Positions 1 through 9,153 of a stretch of 64,000 nucleotides of DNA are shown here, in pieces; the first letter of the stretch is position 1, and the number at the start of each line of letters is the position of its first letter. Source of the DNA: a virus (lineage: Duplodnaviria; Heunggongvirae; Uroviricota; Caudoviricetes); the IMG/VR virus record IMGVR_UViG_3300031417_000403, positions 123,133 to 187,132 of that record; one strand, given 5' to 3'. The notes under the pieces were generated by a model. The model ran no database searches. It was not told where the DNA came from and saw only the letters and a program-made list of their open reading frames with translations. Both the position numbers and the translations under genes were made by a program.

Positions 1-1
1 C

Positions 2-859
2 GATGAAATTTCATCGTACGAATACTTGAAACCAGGTTCGGATATTCTGACTGGCTTCATCTTGAAGATTGCGTCGATTGCAAACGACGAAATTCCTCTT
101 GAGTTGTCAATCGACCAAGTCGCACCGTACACTGATGACGACGGCGATTACCGCTGGCGGAACTACAGTGATCTGCAACAGCTGTATAAGCCGTTGCATG
201 TCAAGTCCGAAGACACGTGGCAGCAAGAAGAAATCGAAGTGATCGTGCTCCGCGCGCTGACAATCGATTCCTACGAGTCACCAATACAAATGAAGGTGAC
301 ACGGGACTTCACGAGCACGTGGACAGACAAGCCGAGCGAAGTTGATCTGTCGTCGATCGTCGTGTACGAAGACATCGAGCGTTTGCTCACGCCGGAATTT
401 CTGTTGCACGAACGCCCATGCGTGTTGACATCGGGCCAAGTGTATGGCATCGTGCGTCATCACATCAAGACCAACATCAATTCCAGGTACGCTCGCGTCA
501 CCAGCGATTACGACTTCTGCTTCACGGTGAAGAGAAAGATCGCAGTCAAGCCGATCACGACCCGCACGGAAATCAAGAACGCACGCGGTCGCAGCTTTGC
601 TCGGCCGAAGTTCAAGACGACCACGACTGACTTCCGCGAAGTCGAAATCTTCGAGATGACGCCTGCCGACAAACGGTACAGCGGATACACACCAATTGCT
701 GGATGGCAAGCTAACAATCTGCAGGAAATGAAAGAGCAGATTGAAGCATACCTGAAAGAGCTGATGGAAGAAATCAACAGGCCGGTGCAAGAATGCCCGC
801 ATTGCAACGGCACCGGGCATTTGCTCGATGGCAAAATTCAAACGAACGATCGGGAGTAA
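2..859 (+). CDS. hypothetical protein, 5'-truncated, C-terminal CxxC (CPHCNGTG) Zn motif
   Basis: Frame is open to the window start; DnaJ-like CxxCxGxG at the C-terminus. Confidence 0.7.
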   Translation, partial: DEISSYEYLKPGSDILTGFILKIASIANDEIPLELSIDQVAPYTDDDGDYRWRNYSDLQQLYKPLHVKSEDTWQQEEIEVIVLRALTIDSYESPIQMKVTRDFTSTWTDKPSEVDLSSIVVYEDIERLLTPEFLLHERPCVLTSGQVYGIVRHHIKTNINSRYARVTSDYDFCFTVKRKIAVKPITTRTEIKNARGRSFARPKFKTTTTDFREVEIFEMTPADKRYSGYTPIAGWQANNLQEMKEQIEAYLKELMEEINRPVQECPHCNGTGHLLDGKIQTNDRE

Positions 860-860
860 C

Positions 861-1091
861 ATGGCACTGACCAAACAACAGAAACGGAATGAACTCATTC
901 TGCAACGTCTGATCGCGTTCAACGCTGACGACAAGAACGGAGCAAAGAGTCTCGGCGAATCGCTGGACATGATGCTCGATGACCTGTGTCAAGAAGATTT
1001 CTTCGGCACAGAAACCCAATGCGACCCGCGTGGCGATGGTCGCGACGGACCATGGTCGGCCGTGAAAAGGGTCGAAGGAATTGACAAATGA
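861..1091 (+). CDS. small hypothetical protein
   Basis: ATG after GGGAG; coupled to neighbours. Confidence 0.65.
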   Translation: MALTKQQKRNELILQRLIAFNADDKNGAKSLGESLDMMLDDLCQEDFFGTETQCDPRGDGRDGPWSAVKRVEGIDK

Positions 1092-1315
1092 GAACGAAAG
1101 TTGCTTCGCGACAAATATCGTTTGTCCACACGGCCTACATCTATTTCCACCTCGATGACGAGGCTGGCTGGTACGTGATGAAAGAACCAGACGGCACAGA
1201 GCGAACCTGGCCAAATGCTTCGGACGCATTCAAGTACGCTCGCTCGCGAGGCTGGCGCATCGAATGGCTCGGTGACGACACGTACAAACCATACGAACTG
1301 GACTTCGACAAATGA
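1088..1315 (+). CDS. small hypothetical protein
   Basis: ATGA overlap with upstream stop. Confidence 0.65.
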   Translation: MRTKVASRQISFVHTAYIYFHLDDEAGWYVMKEPDGTERTWPNASDAFKYARSRGWRIEWLGDDTYKPYELDFDK

Positions 1316-1462
1316 ATCAGAGCTTCTTCGAATATTTCAAAGAGCATTTCACGGTCCACGGATTCACGGAATATCTTGCTGGGCAGTTTAGCAATCCAAT
1401 GTTCTGGGTGATGGTCGTCCTTTACGTTGTCGTGTATTCTGTCATTAAGGCCACGGTCGATC

Positions 1463-1705
1463 ATGTCAGAAAATAAACCACGATTCCTCAAGGGCATCGG
1501 CAAAATCAACGGTGACGGTTGGAAAGACACAACTGTCATCGGCGAAGTTGTCTTCGTTCACAACGAAGAAAAGCCGCGACCATACAAAGCCGGCCAGTAT
1601 CCACGGGTCGGGAATGAAGGCTGGTCCGCAAGCACTGACCAGTACGATTTCACTCCGGCAACAGAAGCTGAAGAAGCTCTAATCGAAATGATTTTCGGCA
1701 AATGA
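1463..1705 (+). CDS. small hypothetical protein
   Basis: ORF in a chain of ATGA-coupled early genes. Confidence 0.6.
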   Translation: MSENKPRFLKGIGKINGDGWKDTTVIGEVVFVHNEEKPRPYKAGQYPRVGNEGWSASTDQYDFTPATEAEEALIEMIFGK

Positions 1706-1968
1706 ACATGACACCGATTGAACAACACTACGACGATATTCGCATGCTGGCAGCTTTCAAGAAGCAAATGACTGGCGTGCAATATGGCGAAGAAGAAACA
1801 GCAGACGCGCTCGCGTGGTTCCATGCTGGTTGGCTGGCTGCACGCGAAAGTGTTCCCGACAAGAAAGAATATCAGCACGGCCGCGACTTCTTCCAAGGCG
1901 AAGGGCAAGACATTGCGAACGCAAAGGTCGACGGCTGGAATGAGTGCCGAGCGGAGACGCTGAAATGA
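1702..1968 (+). CDS. small hypothetical protein
   Basis: ATGA coupling, phage-like codon usage. Confidence 0.6.
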   Translation: MNMTPIEQHYDDIRMLAAFKKQMTGVQYGEEETADALAWFHAGWLAARESVPDKKEYQHGRDFFQGEGQDIANAKVDGWNECRAETLK

Positions 1969-2138
1969 AATGGTTCCATCGACACCACTGGTCGCGTTGG
2001 GAAAGCTACGCAAAGACCAACATCATTCAACCTATAACCGGTGGTGTGTTGGGCTATATCTTCATCCAGAAACGTACTTGCTATAAGTGCGGACTGGTTC
2101 AATATCAACAAGATCGAATAATGGCGGAGGACGAATGA
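1965..2138 (+). CDS. small hypothetical protein with HxW and CxxC motifs
   Basis: MKWFHRHHWSRWE...CYKCG. Confidence 0.55.
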   Translation: MKWFHRHHWSRWESYAKTNIIQPITGGVLGYIFIQKRTCYKCGLVQYQQDRIMAEDE

Positions 2139-2383
2139 TCTTTCATATTTTGGTGGGGCAACGCAAATGCGACTACCCAGGCCAGTACGCACCTGAAGCA
2201 TTGGAAGTTATGGATGACAATGCAATGGGCGACAACGAAGAATGGATGCTCAGTGCGATGAAAGAATATCGCGACAGTGACGAGTTCACGCATCTCGCGA
2301 TCGTGAAAGTAAAAGTGGGAGATGCTGCAATCGATGCGGTATTGTTTCCACGAAACACGACGGTTGAAGGGTTGGTGTTATGA
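2135..2383 (+). CDS. small hypothetical protein
   Basis: ATGA coupling. Confidence 0.6.
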   Translation: MIFHILVGQRKCDYPGQYAPEALEVMDDNAMGDNEEWMLSAMKEYRDSDEFTHLAIVKVKVGDAAIDAVLFPRNTTVEGLVL

Positions 2384-2694
2384 CTGACCGTGTACGACAA
2401 CTCGTCAAGGAACTTGACCAATGGTCTCCGTGCATGAGCTACAATGATAGCTACTTCGGCGAACCGCCGGGCATGCTGAAGCAGACAATCCGTCAGCTCG
2501 TGAAAGAACTCGACGCAACCAAAGACATCACCGACATGTCGACGGAAGAACTGCAACAACGAGCAATCAACATCATCCGCAATTCGGCCGCCAACAAAAT
2601 CGAAGAACGCATTCGCATCATGGAAATGGTAAATCAAATTACCGATCCCAACGTTCGTCTGCCGCTTAAATACATTCTGGAAAATTTGCCGTGA
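2380..2694 (+). CDS. hypothetical protein
   Basis: ATGA coupling. Confidence 0.65.
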   Translation: MTDRVRQLVKELDQWSPCMSYNDSYFGEPPGMLKQTIRQLVKELDATKDITDMSTEELQQRAINIIRNSAANKIEERIRIMEMVNQITDPNVRLPLKYILENLP

Positions 2695-2701
2695 GGGGAA
2701 A

Positions 2702-2884
2702 ATGTTTACGCGTGAGTGGTTCATGTGTCTGAGAGGATTTCATGAATTCAAGTTCATTCGAAATCTCTACGGAGACGAGATAAACAAATGGGAAGCGCGT
2801 AGCGTCTGGAGATGCGGTAATTGTGGTAAGATGGAAGGACGCGACTATCTTTTCAAATGTAAATCGGAAATGAAACATGATTGA
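2702..2884 (+). CDS. small Cys/His-containing hypothetical protein
   Basis: CLRGFHEF...CGNCG pattern, GAGGGG RBS. Confidence 0.55.
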   Translation: MFTREWFMCLRGFHEFKFIRNLYGDEINKWEARSVWRCGNCGKMEGRDYLFKCKSEMKHD

Positions 2885-3116
2885 AAACCACAATGACATC
2901 GTAGCCCGTTGTCTCCAACTCGACAGGATCAGTGATGACAAAGGTCTGATCGTTTATTTTCTCGACTGCAACAGGCATACGTTCAGGCTTGGTGTTTCGT
3001 CAATGTACTGGTCGCATCTCGCAGAGAATGAACGTTACTGCATGGTGAAGTACGGAAACTACTTCTTGAACAAAGAAGATGCAGAATCGGCAGTAGCACG
3101 AGCCATGTCGAAATAA
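2877..3116 (+). CDS. small hypothetical protein
   Basis: ORF overlapping upstream gene. Confidence 0.55.
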   Translation: MIENHNDIVARCLQLDRISDDKGLIVYFLDCNRHTFRLGVSSMYWSHLAENERYCMVKYGNYFLNKEDAESAVARAMSK

Positions 3117-3117
3117 T

Positions 3118-3146
3118 TGTGCAAACTCGCTTGGTTGAGTTATAAT
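3118..3146 (+). promoter_or_regulatory. early promoter TGTGCA-N17-TATAAT
   Basis: Matches the motif repeated at about 10 intergenic sites. Confidence 0.8.
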
Positions 3147-3173
3147 CGACACATCAACTAAGCGAGACACAAA

Positions 3174-3566
3174 ATGAACTTCGACGATTACAAGCCAAAG
3201 CTGAAATACCCGACCAAACACGATTTCACGACGACGTACTTCTACCGTCACGGCGAGTGCATCGCCACGGTGCGCCCTGGCGAACAAACGCCAGAGATTG
3301 GTCAGGGTGCACTGATCGAGCGCGTCGTTAACGAAGATGCATTCCGCGCCGCACGTAACGAATACAACAAGCACGTCAAGGCGCTCGAAGAGCAATTCGT
3401 GATCGATCTGTTCGAGGATGCCGGCGTGCCCGACAATGAGTTCACGCGCAAGATTTACAGCATCGCGTACGATCAGACTCATTCCGGCGGTCTCAGCAGT
3501 GTCGCATCGTGCTTCGACGATCTGTCCGGCCTGGATACCCTCGCACGAAAAGTCTACGACAAATGA
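3174..3566 (+). CDS. hypothetical early protein
   Basis: ORF directly downstream of the early promoter. Confidence 0.75.
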   Translation: MNFDDYKPKLKYPTKHDFTTTYFYRHGECIATVRPGEQTPEIGQGALIERVVNEDAFRAARNEYNKHVKALEEQFVIDLFEDAGVPDNEFTRKIYSIAYDQTHSGGLSSVASCFDDLSGLDTLARKVYDK

Positions 3567-4018
3567 GCTATCGCACAACTCACATGGGCATCGACTTCGA
3601 TCTTGTGCGTCGAGTCGATGGCGGACCTGTCGACATCAACATTTCGTCGGCATTCGTCGCACCAGTTCCTGGATGGGAAAAGGCGAAGATCGGTACCGTG
3701 TACGTCAACGGCAATCCGGTGACTGCACTCGAAGTGCACGAAGACTACGACGTCCAAGCACTCGAGAAGTTGCGAACGACACTCGAGCTGGATACCGCCA
3801 TTCCGTCGACGATCTACAACTTCGCCGACCTGCGGCTGCGTCGCTACGAATCCGAACTCGCCGAAGCGCGTGCGGCTCTGAAGTTGGCACGCGACTCGTT
3901 GAAGGAAATCACCGTCGATCCGACGCAGTTCGACTTCGGACCTGCGTATGCTGGTGCCGAGCAACGACAGAAAGACGCGATCAAAGCCATCAACAAAGCG
4001 CTGAAGAATCGCGAGTAA
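3563..4018 (+). CDS. hypothetical protein
   Basis: ATGA coupling; strong phage codon bias. Confidence 0.7.
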   Translation: MSYRTTHMGIDFDLVRRVDGGPVDINISSAFVAPVPGWEKAKIGTVYVNGNPVTALEVHEDYDVQALEKLRTTLELDTAIPSTIYNFADLRLRRYESELAEARAALKLARDSLKEITVDPTQFDFGPAYAGAEQRQKDAIKAINKALKNRE

Positions 4019-4021
4019 AGC

Positions 4022-4050
4022 TGTGCATATTGCCGGCGTTCGTGTATAAT
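4022..4050 (+). promoter_or_regulatory. early promoter TGTGCA-N17-TATAAT
   Basis: Exact spacing of 17. Confidence 0.8.
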
Positions 4051-4078
4051 CTTTTCATCGACACTGAAAGGATAAAAC

Positions 4079-4297
4079 ATGTTCACGATGATCCGCCCGC
4101 TCGAATACTTCTACGGTGATCTGCACTACAGCTGGAACATCGACAAAGTCGTGGAGCCGACCGAAGCCGAGAAGAAGCGTCGTCGGTTCGGCACGATGTT
4201 CATGCTGCATGCGCTGCTCAATCGCGCCGGTATCGACCACGAGAACAAACATACTCTGATCTGTTCGGGGTATGTCAAAACGAAAGACCGCTTTTAA
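4079..4297 (+). CDS. small hypothetical early protein
   Basis: Downstream of promoter with GAAAGG RBS. Confidence 0.65.
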   Translation: MFTMIRPLEYFYGDLHYSWNIDKVVEPTEAEKKRRRFGTMFMLHALLNRAGIDHENKHTLICSGYVKTKDRF

Positions 4298-4347
4298 TAC
4301 TGCCGGAGGTCTAAATAAACCTCCACCACTTCATTGGTCGAAGAATC

Positions 4348-5466
4348 ATGTCTAAGAAGCTCATTGTCGGGTGCGCCCTGGTCTCCGCTATTGTTAGCGC
4401 TAGCGTGGGCATGATTTTTGCTGCCCGCACTCCAGTCGTCGGCCATCTACCTGACTTCAGCGCGCTCATCGAGAAAGATGGGCCGGGTGTTGTTAACATC
4501 CGAACAGTTCAAAAAGTTACTCCAATACAAACAGGCAGTGCAACTGAGTTGCAAGAACTGCTGCACAGCTATTTCTCTCCACCTGTAATTTCAAAACGCA
4601 TTGATCCAGACAGCGGAATTGGGTCCGGATTTTTCATTTCCAAGGATGGTTATTTGCTGACTAATGCCCATGTTGTCGATTCGGCATCAGAGGTCATTGT
4701 CACGCTTGCAGATCATCGTGAGTATACCGCAAAGATCATTGGCTTCGACTCACGCACTGACGTTGCTCTGTTGAAAGTCGATGCTGACGAAGACCTGCCA
4801 TACTTACCGATCGGCAAGTCCAGCAAAACAAAAGTTGGTGAATGGGCATTTGCTATTGGTTCGCCATTCAATCTCGAGAACACTGCGACTGCTGGTATCA
4901 TCTCTGCAACCGCACGTGATGCTGGTGAATATCTGCCGCTGATTCAAAGCGACGTGTCGATCAATCCCGGAAACTCCGGTGGACCGTTGATGAATATCCA
5001 TGGAGACGTGATCGGTATCAACTCGCAAATTCTGCAAAATCTGAGTGGCGGAACTGCTGGCATTTCATTTGCAATTCCGATTGATGCGGCAATGCGCATT
5101 GCCGAACAGCTTAAGCAGAATGGCAAAGTCGTTCGCGGAAGACTGGGTGCGCAGATTGCAGAACCACCGGGCAACATGACGTTGTTCTTCGGAACTTCCG
5201 GCACACGAGTTGTCATTGTGCAACGTGTCGTCAAAGATAGTTCAGCAGAGAAAGCCGGCATGAAAGCTGGCGACATCATTCTGAAAGTCAACGACGAAGC
5301 TATCAATGGCGCAAACGATTTGCCATGGCGTATTGGCAATGCGTCTATTGGTAGCATTGTGAAAGTCACAGTACTGCGTGACGACGAGCAAGTCGATTTG
5401 AAGGTGAGAGTCGATGCGATGGACGAAAACAAAATCGAAGCCTCGCAAGATGTAAACATCACATAA
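4348..5466 (+). CDS. HtrA/DegP/MucD-family periplasmic serine protease with one PDZ domain
   Basis: N-terminal hydrophobic signal; TNAHVV, DVALLK, INPGNSGGP triad motifs; C-terminal PDZ (GDIILKVN). Confidence 0.93.
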   Translation: MSKKLIVGCALVSAIVSASVGMIFAARTPVVGHLPDFSALIEKDGPGVVNIRTVQKVTPIQTGSATELQELLHSYFSPPVISKRIDPDSGIGSGFFISKDGYLLTNAHVVDSASEVIVTLADHREYTAKIIGFDSRTDVALLKVDADEDLPYLPIGKSSKTKVGEWAFAIGSPFNLENTATAGIISATARDAGEYLPLIQSDVSINPGNSGGPLMNIHGDVIGINSQILQNLSGGTAGISFAIPIDAAMRIAEQLKQNGKVVRGRLGAQIAEPPGNMTLFFGTSGTRVVIVQRVVKDSSAEKAGMKAGDIILKVNDEAINGANDLPWRIGNASIGSIVKVTVLRDDEQVDLKVRVDAMDENKIEASQDVNIT

Positions 5467-5469
5467 CAG

Positions 5470-5510
5470 TGTGCAGGTGAGTAGGTTCCATGTATAATGA
5501 CTCCATCGAC
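5470..5510 (+). promoter_or_regulatory. early promoter TGTGCA-N17-TATAAT with GACTCCATCGAC leader
   Basis: Motif repeat. Confidence 0.8.
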
Positions 5511-5533
5511 AAGCAATCACGGAGATTACGAAC

Positions 5534-5878
5534 ATGGGAACCTACGTCTACGCACTGAACACCAACGTCCGCACCATTTCGAACGTCACCGTCGGCGTTG
5601 CCGAGTATCGCTACAAAGAACATCTGACTGCGCACGATGCTGACGAGCTGAACCTCGCCATGTACAACCGTCTGTGCAAGCGTCGTGTCAAGCACTTCGA
5701 AACCAACAAGCTCCCTTTCTTCTTCGTTCGTGGTAAAATCGAAGTCGGTGCTGCTGTGTACGGTCACCTGTCGGCAAAGGGCCGACTGGTCGGTGCCTGC
5801 TTTGATGATAGCGTCCCGCTGGTGCAAGCTGGCACCATCATCAAAGTTGGCCGCAGCTACGAAATCAACTGGAACTAA
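5534..5878 (+). CDS. hypothetical early protein
   Basis: ORF with GGAG RBS after promoter. Confidence 0.75.
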   Translation: MGTYVYALNTNVRTISNVTVGVAEYRYKEHLTAHDADELNLAMYNRLCKRRVKHFETNKLPFFFVRGKIEVGAAVYGHLSAKGRLVGACFDDSVPLVQAGTIIKVGRSYEINWN

Positions 5879-5879
5879 T

Positions 5880-6143
5880 ATGGCAACCATCAAAGACCTC
5901 AAGCAGCTTGCGAACTTTCTCTTCGCACCGAACTACTACGCCAAGCAGGCGAAGCCGCCGCGTAAGGTGTACGATCCGAAGAAGCTGACGGAGGAGGACC
6001 GCGTCGAGCTGCTGGCCGTCGTCACCGAAGCCCTGCGTCCTGAAAAGCTGACGTGCAACTTCCAGCTGACCGGCGAAACCCTGCGTCTCAAGACCGAGAT
6101 GCTCGAAGGCGCCAAGCGTGCATTGGAGAAGTATTTCAAATGA
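5880..6143 (+). CDS. hypothetical protein
   Basis: ATG immediately after upstream stop. Confidence 0.65.
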   Translation: MATIKDLKQLANFLFAPNYYAKQAKPPRKVYDPKKLTEEDRVELLAVVTEALRPEKLTCNFQLTGETLRLKTEMLEGAKRALEKYFK

Positions 6144-6331
6144 TCGAGCCAGAAATCGTCATCAACGGAGTTCCGTTGACTCATGCGCAAGCCATGATGG
6201 TTCGTTGCGCAATTGAAAGTCTCTCGTTCGCCTGTCACAATACGGGTAACGAGATTGATCAAATGTACATGCAGCGGATTCAAGAAGTTCGTCCGATCAT
6301 GTACGCCAACAATCCACATTACAAAAAATGA
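6140..6331 (+). CDS. small hypothetical protein
   Basis: ATGA coupling. Confidence 0.6.
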   Translation: MIEPEIVINGVPLTHAQAMMVRCAIESLSFACHNTGNEIDQMYMQRIQEVRPIMYANNPHYKK

Positions 6332-6540
6332 CCGTCTACATTATTATCTGTGCCTGCATCTTTCTGTATGCCGCGCACACCGCGTTCGAAGACGTGACGC
6401 TCATGCGTCACTCCGGCGAAACCGATTATCCAAATCCACCGGTGCTGTTTCTCGCCGGACTGTTCATCGTGTCGTTCATTCCAGTGCTGAACCTCGCGTT
6501 GATCGGCTTCACGGTGCTGTACCGCAAAGGCGCGTTATGA
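6328..6540 (+). CDS. small two-TM membrane protein
   Basis: Two hydrophobic stretches. Confidence 0.6.
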   Translation: MTVYIIICACIFLYAAHTAFEDVTLMRHSGETDYPNPPVLFLAGLFIVSFIPVLNLALIGFTVLYRKGAL

Positions 6541-6749
6541 CTGATATAGTTTTCTGCGCGTGCACAAAGTGTGGTAGGATAGTTGATCTTGACGCGAGCG
6601 ATCTGGCTTACACGCAGAGCAAACGCCACAACTATTTCTGGAACAAACCGGGTGACCTGGTTGCCGCGCGTTGCGAAGGCTATTTCACTGCACCTGGCAG
6701 CCAACAAGCCTGGGAACTCCAGGAAGGTCGACCGTACCCAAAAATCTAA
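6537..6749 (+). CDS. small CxxC protein
   Basis: CACTKCG; ATGA coupling. Confidence 0.55.
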   Translation: MTDIVFCACTKCGRIVDLDASDLAYTQSKRHNYFWNKPGDLVAARCEGYFTAPGSQQAWELQEGRPYPKI

Positions 6750-6767
6750 TATTCCCGAAGGAATCCA

Positions 6768-7100
6768 ATGAGCCATCCCCTCGTACCACAACTGATCGCA
6801 ATGCTGGAAGAAGCGAAGGAGTTCGACTTCTCGCAAACACCTGCAGTCAAATTCATCGCAAGCCTCCGCGATAAGCTGGTGTTCACTGGCTTCAGCCAGG
6901 ACGACGCAGAAGTCATCGTCAGCTCGATGGAAGTCGATCTGCCGCCTGGTTCGGTCGAAGAAGAAGACCTCGAACGTCTCGCAGTCCTGTACTGCGAAAT
7001 CCTGAACAAGGCACATCAAGCCTTGATTGACAACGGCTTTCAAAATCCAATCACTGCGCTGCTGGAGATGGCCAAGAAGTTCACGCTGAAGCTGTCGTGA
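6768..7100 (+). CDS. hypothetical protein
   Basis: ORF with AAGGA RBS. Confidence 0.7.
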   Translation: MSHPLVPQLIAMLEEAKEFDFSQTPAVKFIASLRDKLVFTGFSQDDAEVIVSSMEVDLPPGSVEEEDLERLAVLYCEILNKAHQALIDNGFQNPITALLEMAKKFTLKLS

Positions 7101-7597
7101 AGACCGCCAACTTCCCGCGGGCCACTATTGAAGGCACTCGCGGATGGAACTTTCCGTTCGGCACAACCGAGGAAGACTGGCTCATTTCGATCACCGACGC
7201 AAACGGTTCGGATGCAGACGTCGAGTTCCGATTTGACCGCATTCTGTTCATGAAGTTCAACGACACGAACAAGATCGGCGAAGGCGAGTTGTCTTTCGAG
7301 CAAGCTGAAGAGATTGCGCGCTTCATCAAGGAAGCACGTGAGAAGAAAAAGAACGTGTGGGCGAACTGTCACGCCGGTATCTGTCGCAGTGGCGCGATCG
7401 TGTCGTTGTTGATCGACCTTGGCTGGGAGTACGCAGATTCTCGTGCTTCGCCTGGTCGTATTCCGAATCACCTGGTTTATGACCGCGTGCGAAAACATTT
7501 TCCGGAACTGAAGCAGTCGTGGGACAAACCTGATATAATCCTGCCATCTTCGGGTTCTGACCCGAACATCTGGATACCTGCAAAGGATTGGAAATGA
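7097..7597 (+). CDS. protein-tyrosine/dual-specificity phosphatase-like protein
   Basis: CX5R P-loop: VWANCHAGICRSGAIV. Confidence 0.8.
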   Translation: MKTANFPRATIEGTRGWNFPFGTTEEDWLISITDANGSDADVEFRFDRILFMKFNDTNKIGEGELSFEQAEEIARFIKEAREKKKNVWANCHAGICRSGAIVSLLIDLGWEYADSRASPGRIPNHLVYDRVRKHFPELKQSWDKPDIILPSSGSDPNIWIPAKDWK

Positions 7598-8151
7598 GAG
7601 TAACGAAAACTTACATCGCATTCGATGACACACCGTTTCAAGATCGATTCGCATGCGCTCGCTGGGACTTTCATGTCCGGCCGGATATGCTGGAACGACT
7701 GGCTGAAGCATTCGGCAAGCGGCACATTAGCGAACAAGGTCGATGGTGCGGTGGCGATCCTGAACTCGGCCAAGGTGGATATGCGTGTGGGTGCATGGGC
7801 TGTGCGAATCACACGTTCTACGACCTCGACCTCCAGTACGAACACTGGCAGGTCTGGTTCCACGAACTGCGACTGCCGCAAACGACCGATAATATTCCAG
7901 ACGTGCACTCCGATGTCGACGTGATTCTGACGGACATCGGCCCGAATCGCGTGGAAGTTTTCAAGGTTGTCCGCGCACTGACTGGCCTCGGCCTACTCGA
8001 AACCAAGAAGCTCATGGAAACGCCGAATGCCGTACTGAAGACGGCTGTGCAATTCTACGACGGCAACTACACGCTGGAGCAGTTGGAAAACGTCGGTGCC
8101 ACTGTGAAGCTGGAAGTTTCCGATAAACAACGCTGGACAAGGATTTCATAA
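7594..8151 (+). CDS. protein with C-terminal ribosomal protein L7/L12 (bL12) CTD-like domain
   Basis: DVILTDIGPNRVEVFKVVRALTGLGLLETKKLME...LENVGATVKLE matches the bL12 CTD pattern. Confidence 0.8.
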   Translation: MRVTKTYIAFDDTPFQDRFACARWDFHVRPDMLERLAEAFGKRHISEQGRWCGGDPELGQGGYACGCMGCANHTFYDLDLQYEHWQVWFHELRLPQTTDNIPDVHSDVDVILTDIGPNRVEVFKVVRALTGLGLLETKKLMETPNAVLKTAVQFYDGNYTLEQLENVGATVKLEVSDKQRWTRIS

Positions 8152-8633
8152 TGACATGTAAATGCGGATCGAATCGCATTGCTGGTATTCACGGCAAGTG
8201 TTCAGACTTGGGAAGCGTGTCGATCCCACATCTGGACTTCGAGCATCAAGGCTATCAAATGGACCTTGGTGTTGGCAGCGGCGACTACATCGACTTCGAG
8301 TTGTGTCTTGACTGTGGTCAAGTTCAAGACTTCGTGCCAATCAGCGACGAGGAAATCAAGGCGTCTGAAGAATGGGAGATGGTGAAGGGCACGGAAGAAG
8401 AGCAAGAGCGAGAAGCAGAGCTTGACGCGTCTGAGCCAGCCGTGTTCTCGATGGCGGAAGTCGAGTATCGAAAGATCAATCAACTGCTGAACGCGAACTT
8501 CGGAAACAACTGGCGTTTCGATAAAATGAACCAGCAACAGATTCGCGAGATTCTGACGAATTCGTTGGAAACCGATGACTGCAGCGATGCACTGCGCAAA
8601 GCAATTTTCAAGTGCCTGGGAGAACTGAAATGA
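8151..8633 (+). CDS. hypothetical protein with N-terminal Zn-finger-like Cys motifs
   Basis: CKCG...GKC...CLDCG. Confidence 0.7.
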   Translation: MTCKCGSNRIAGIHGKCSDLGSVSIPHLDFEHQGYQMDLGVGSGDYIDFELCLDCGQVQDFVPISDEEIKASEEWEMVKGTEEEQEREAELDASEPAVFSMAEVEYRKINQLLNANFGNNWRFDKMNQQQIREILTNSLETDDCSDALRKAIFKCLGELK

Positions 8634-8740
8634 CCGTTGAAGTAATTCACGCCTTCGGCCAGTACATCATCATGCCGATCTGCGGTGCTGTCGCGTTCGT
8701 CGCATTCTGCTATTACGTGCTCAATCAGCGCGATTAACAC

Positions 8741-8793
8741 TGTACATTTTTCGTGGACAGTGTATAATGAACTCATCGACAAACACTACGGAG
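8741..8793 (+). promoter_or_regulatory. early promoter TGTACA-N16-TATAAT with conserved leader/RBS block
   Basis: TATAATGAACTCATCGACAAACACTACGGAG nearly identical to 63274. Confidence 0.75.
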
Positions 8794-8800
8794 TAAGCAA

Positions 8801-9061
8801 ATGGCCAAGCCGATCAAACCCGGTTTCTTCACGATGGACGTCGTGACCGAAGTCTGCGCACAGAAAGACCTGGCCACTGCTCGCGAAATCGCGATGAAAA
8901 GCGTGGACAAGATGAAGAACTACGCTACTCCGGAAAACATCGCCAAGGCGACCAAGATGATCGAAAAGGCGAAGGACGTTCGCAAGCTCGGTCTGGACAT
9001 CACCAACTTCATGCTCGCCCATCCGAGCGAAGGCCTGAAGACGATTCGCTCCCGCACCTAA
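8801..9061 (+). CDS. small basic early protein
   Basis: Own promoter and terminator, strong codon bias. Confidence 0.75.
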   Translation: MAKPIKPGFFTMDVVTEVCAQKDLATAREIAMKSVDKMKNYATPENIAKATKMIEKAKDVRKLGLDITNFMLAHPSEGLKTIRSRT

Positions 9062-9073
9062 TCCGCGCCGCCT

Positions 9074-9108
9074 GAAGCCCGACAGCAGAAATGCGTCGGG
9101 CTTCTTTG
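9074..9108 (+). terminator. Rho-independent terminator
   Basis: GAAGCCCGAC...GTCGGGCTTC stem plus T-rich tail. Confidence 0.7.
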
Positions 9109-9153
9109 TATCTGTGATACTATTGCATCTAATCAATATTTCACGGGTGCAAT

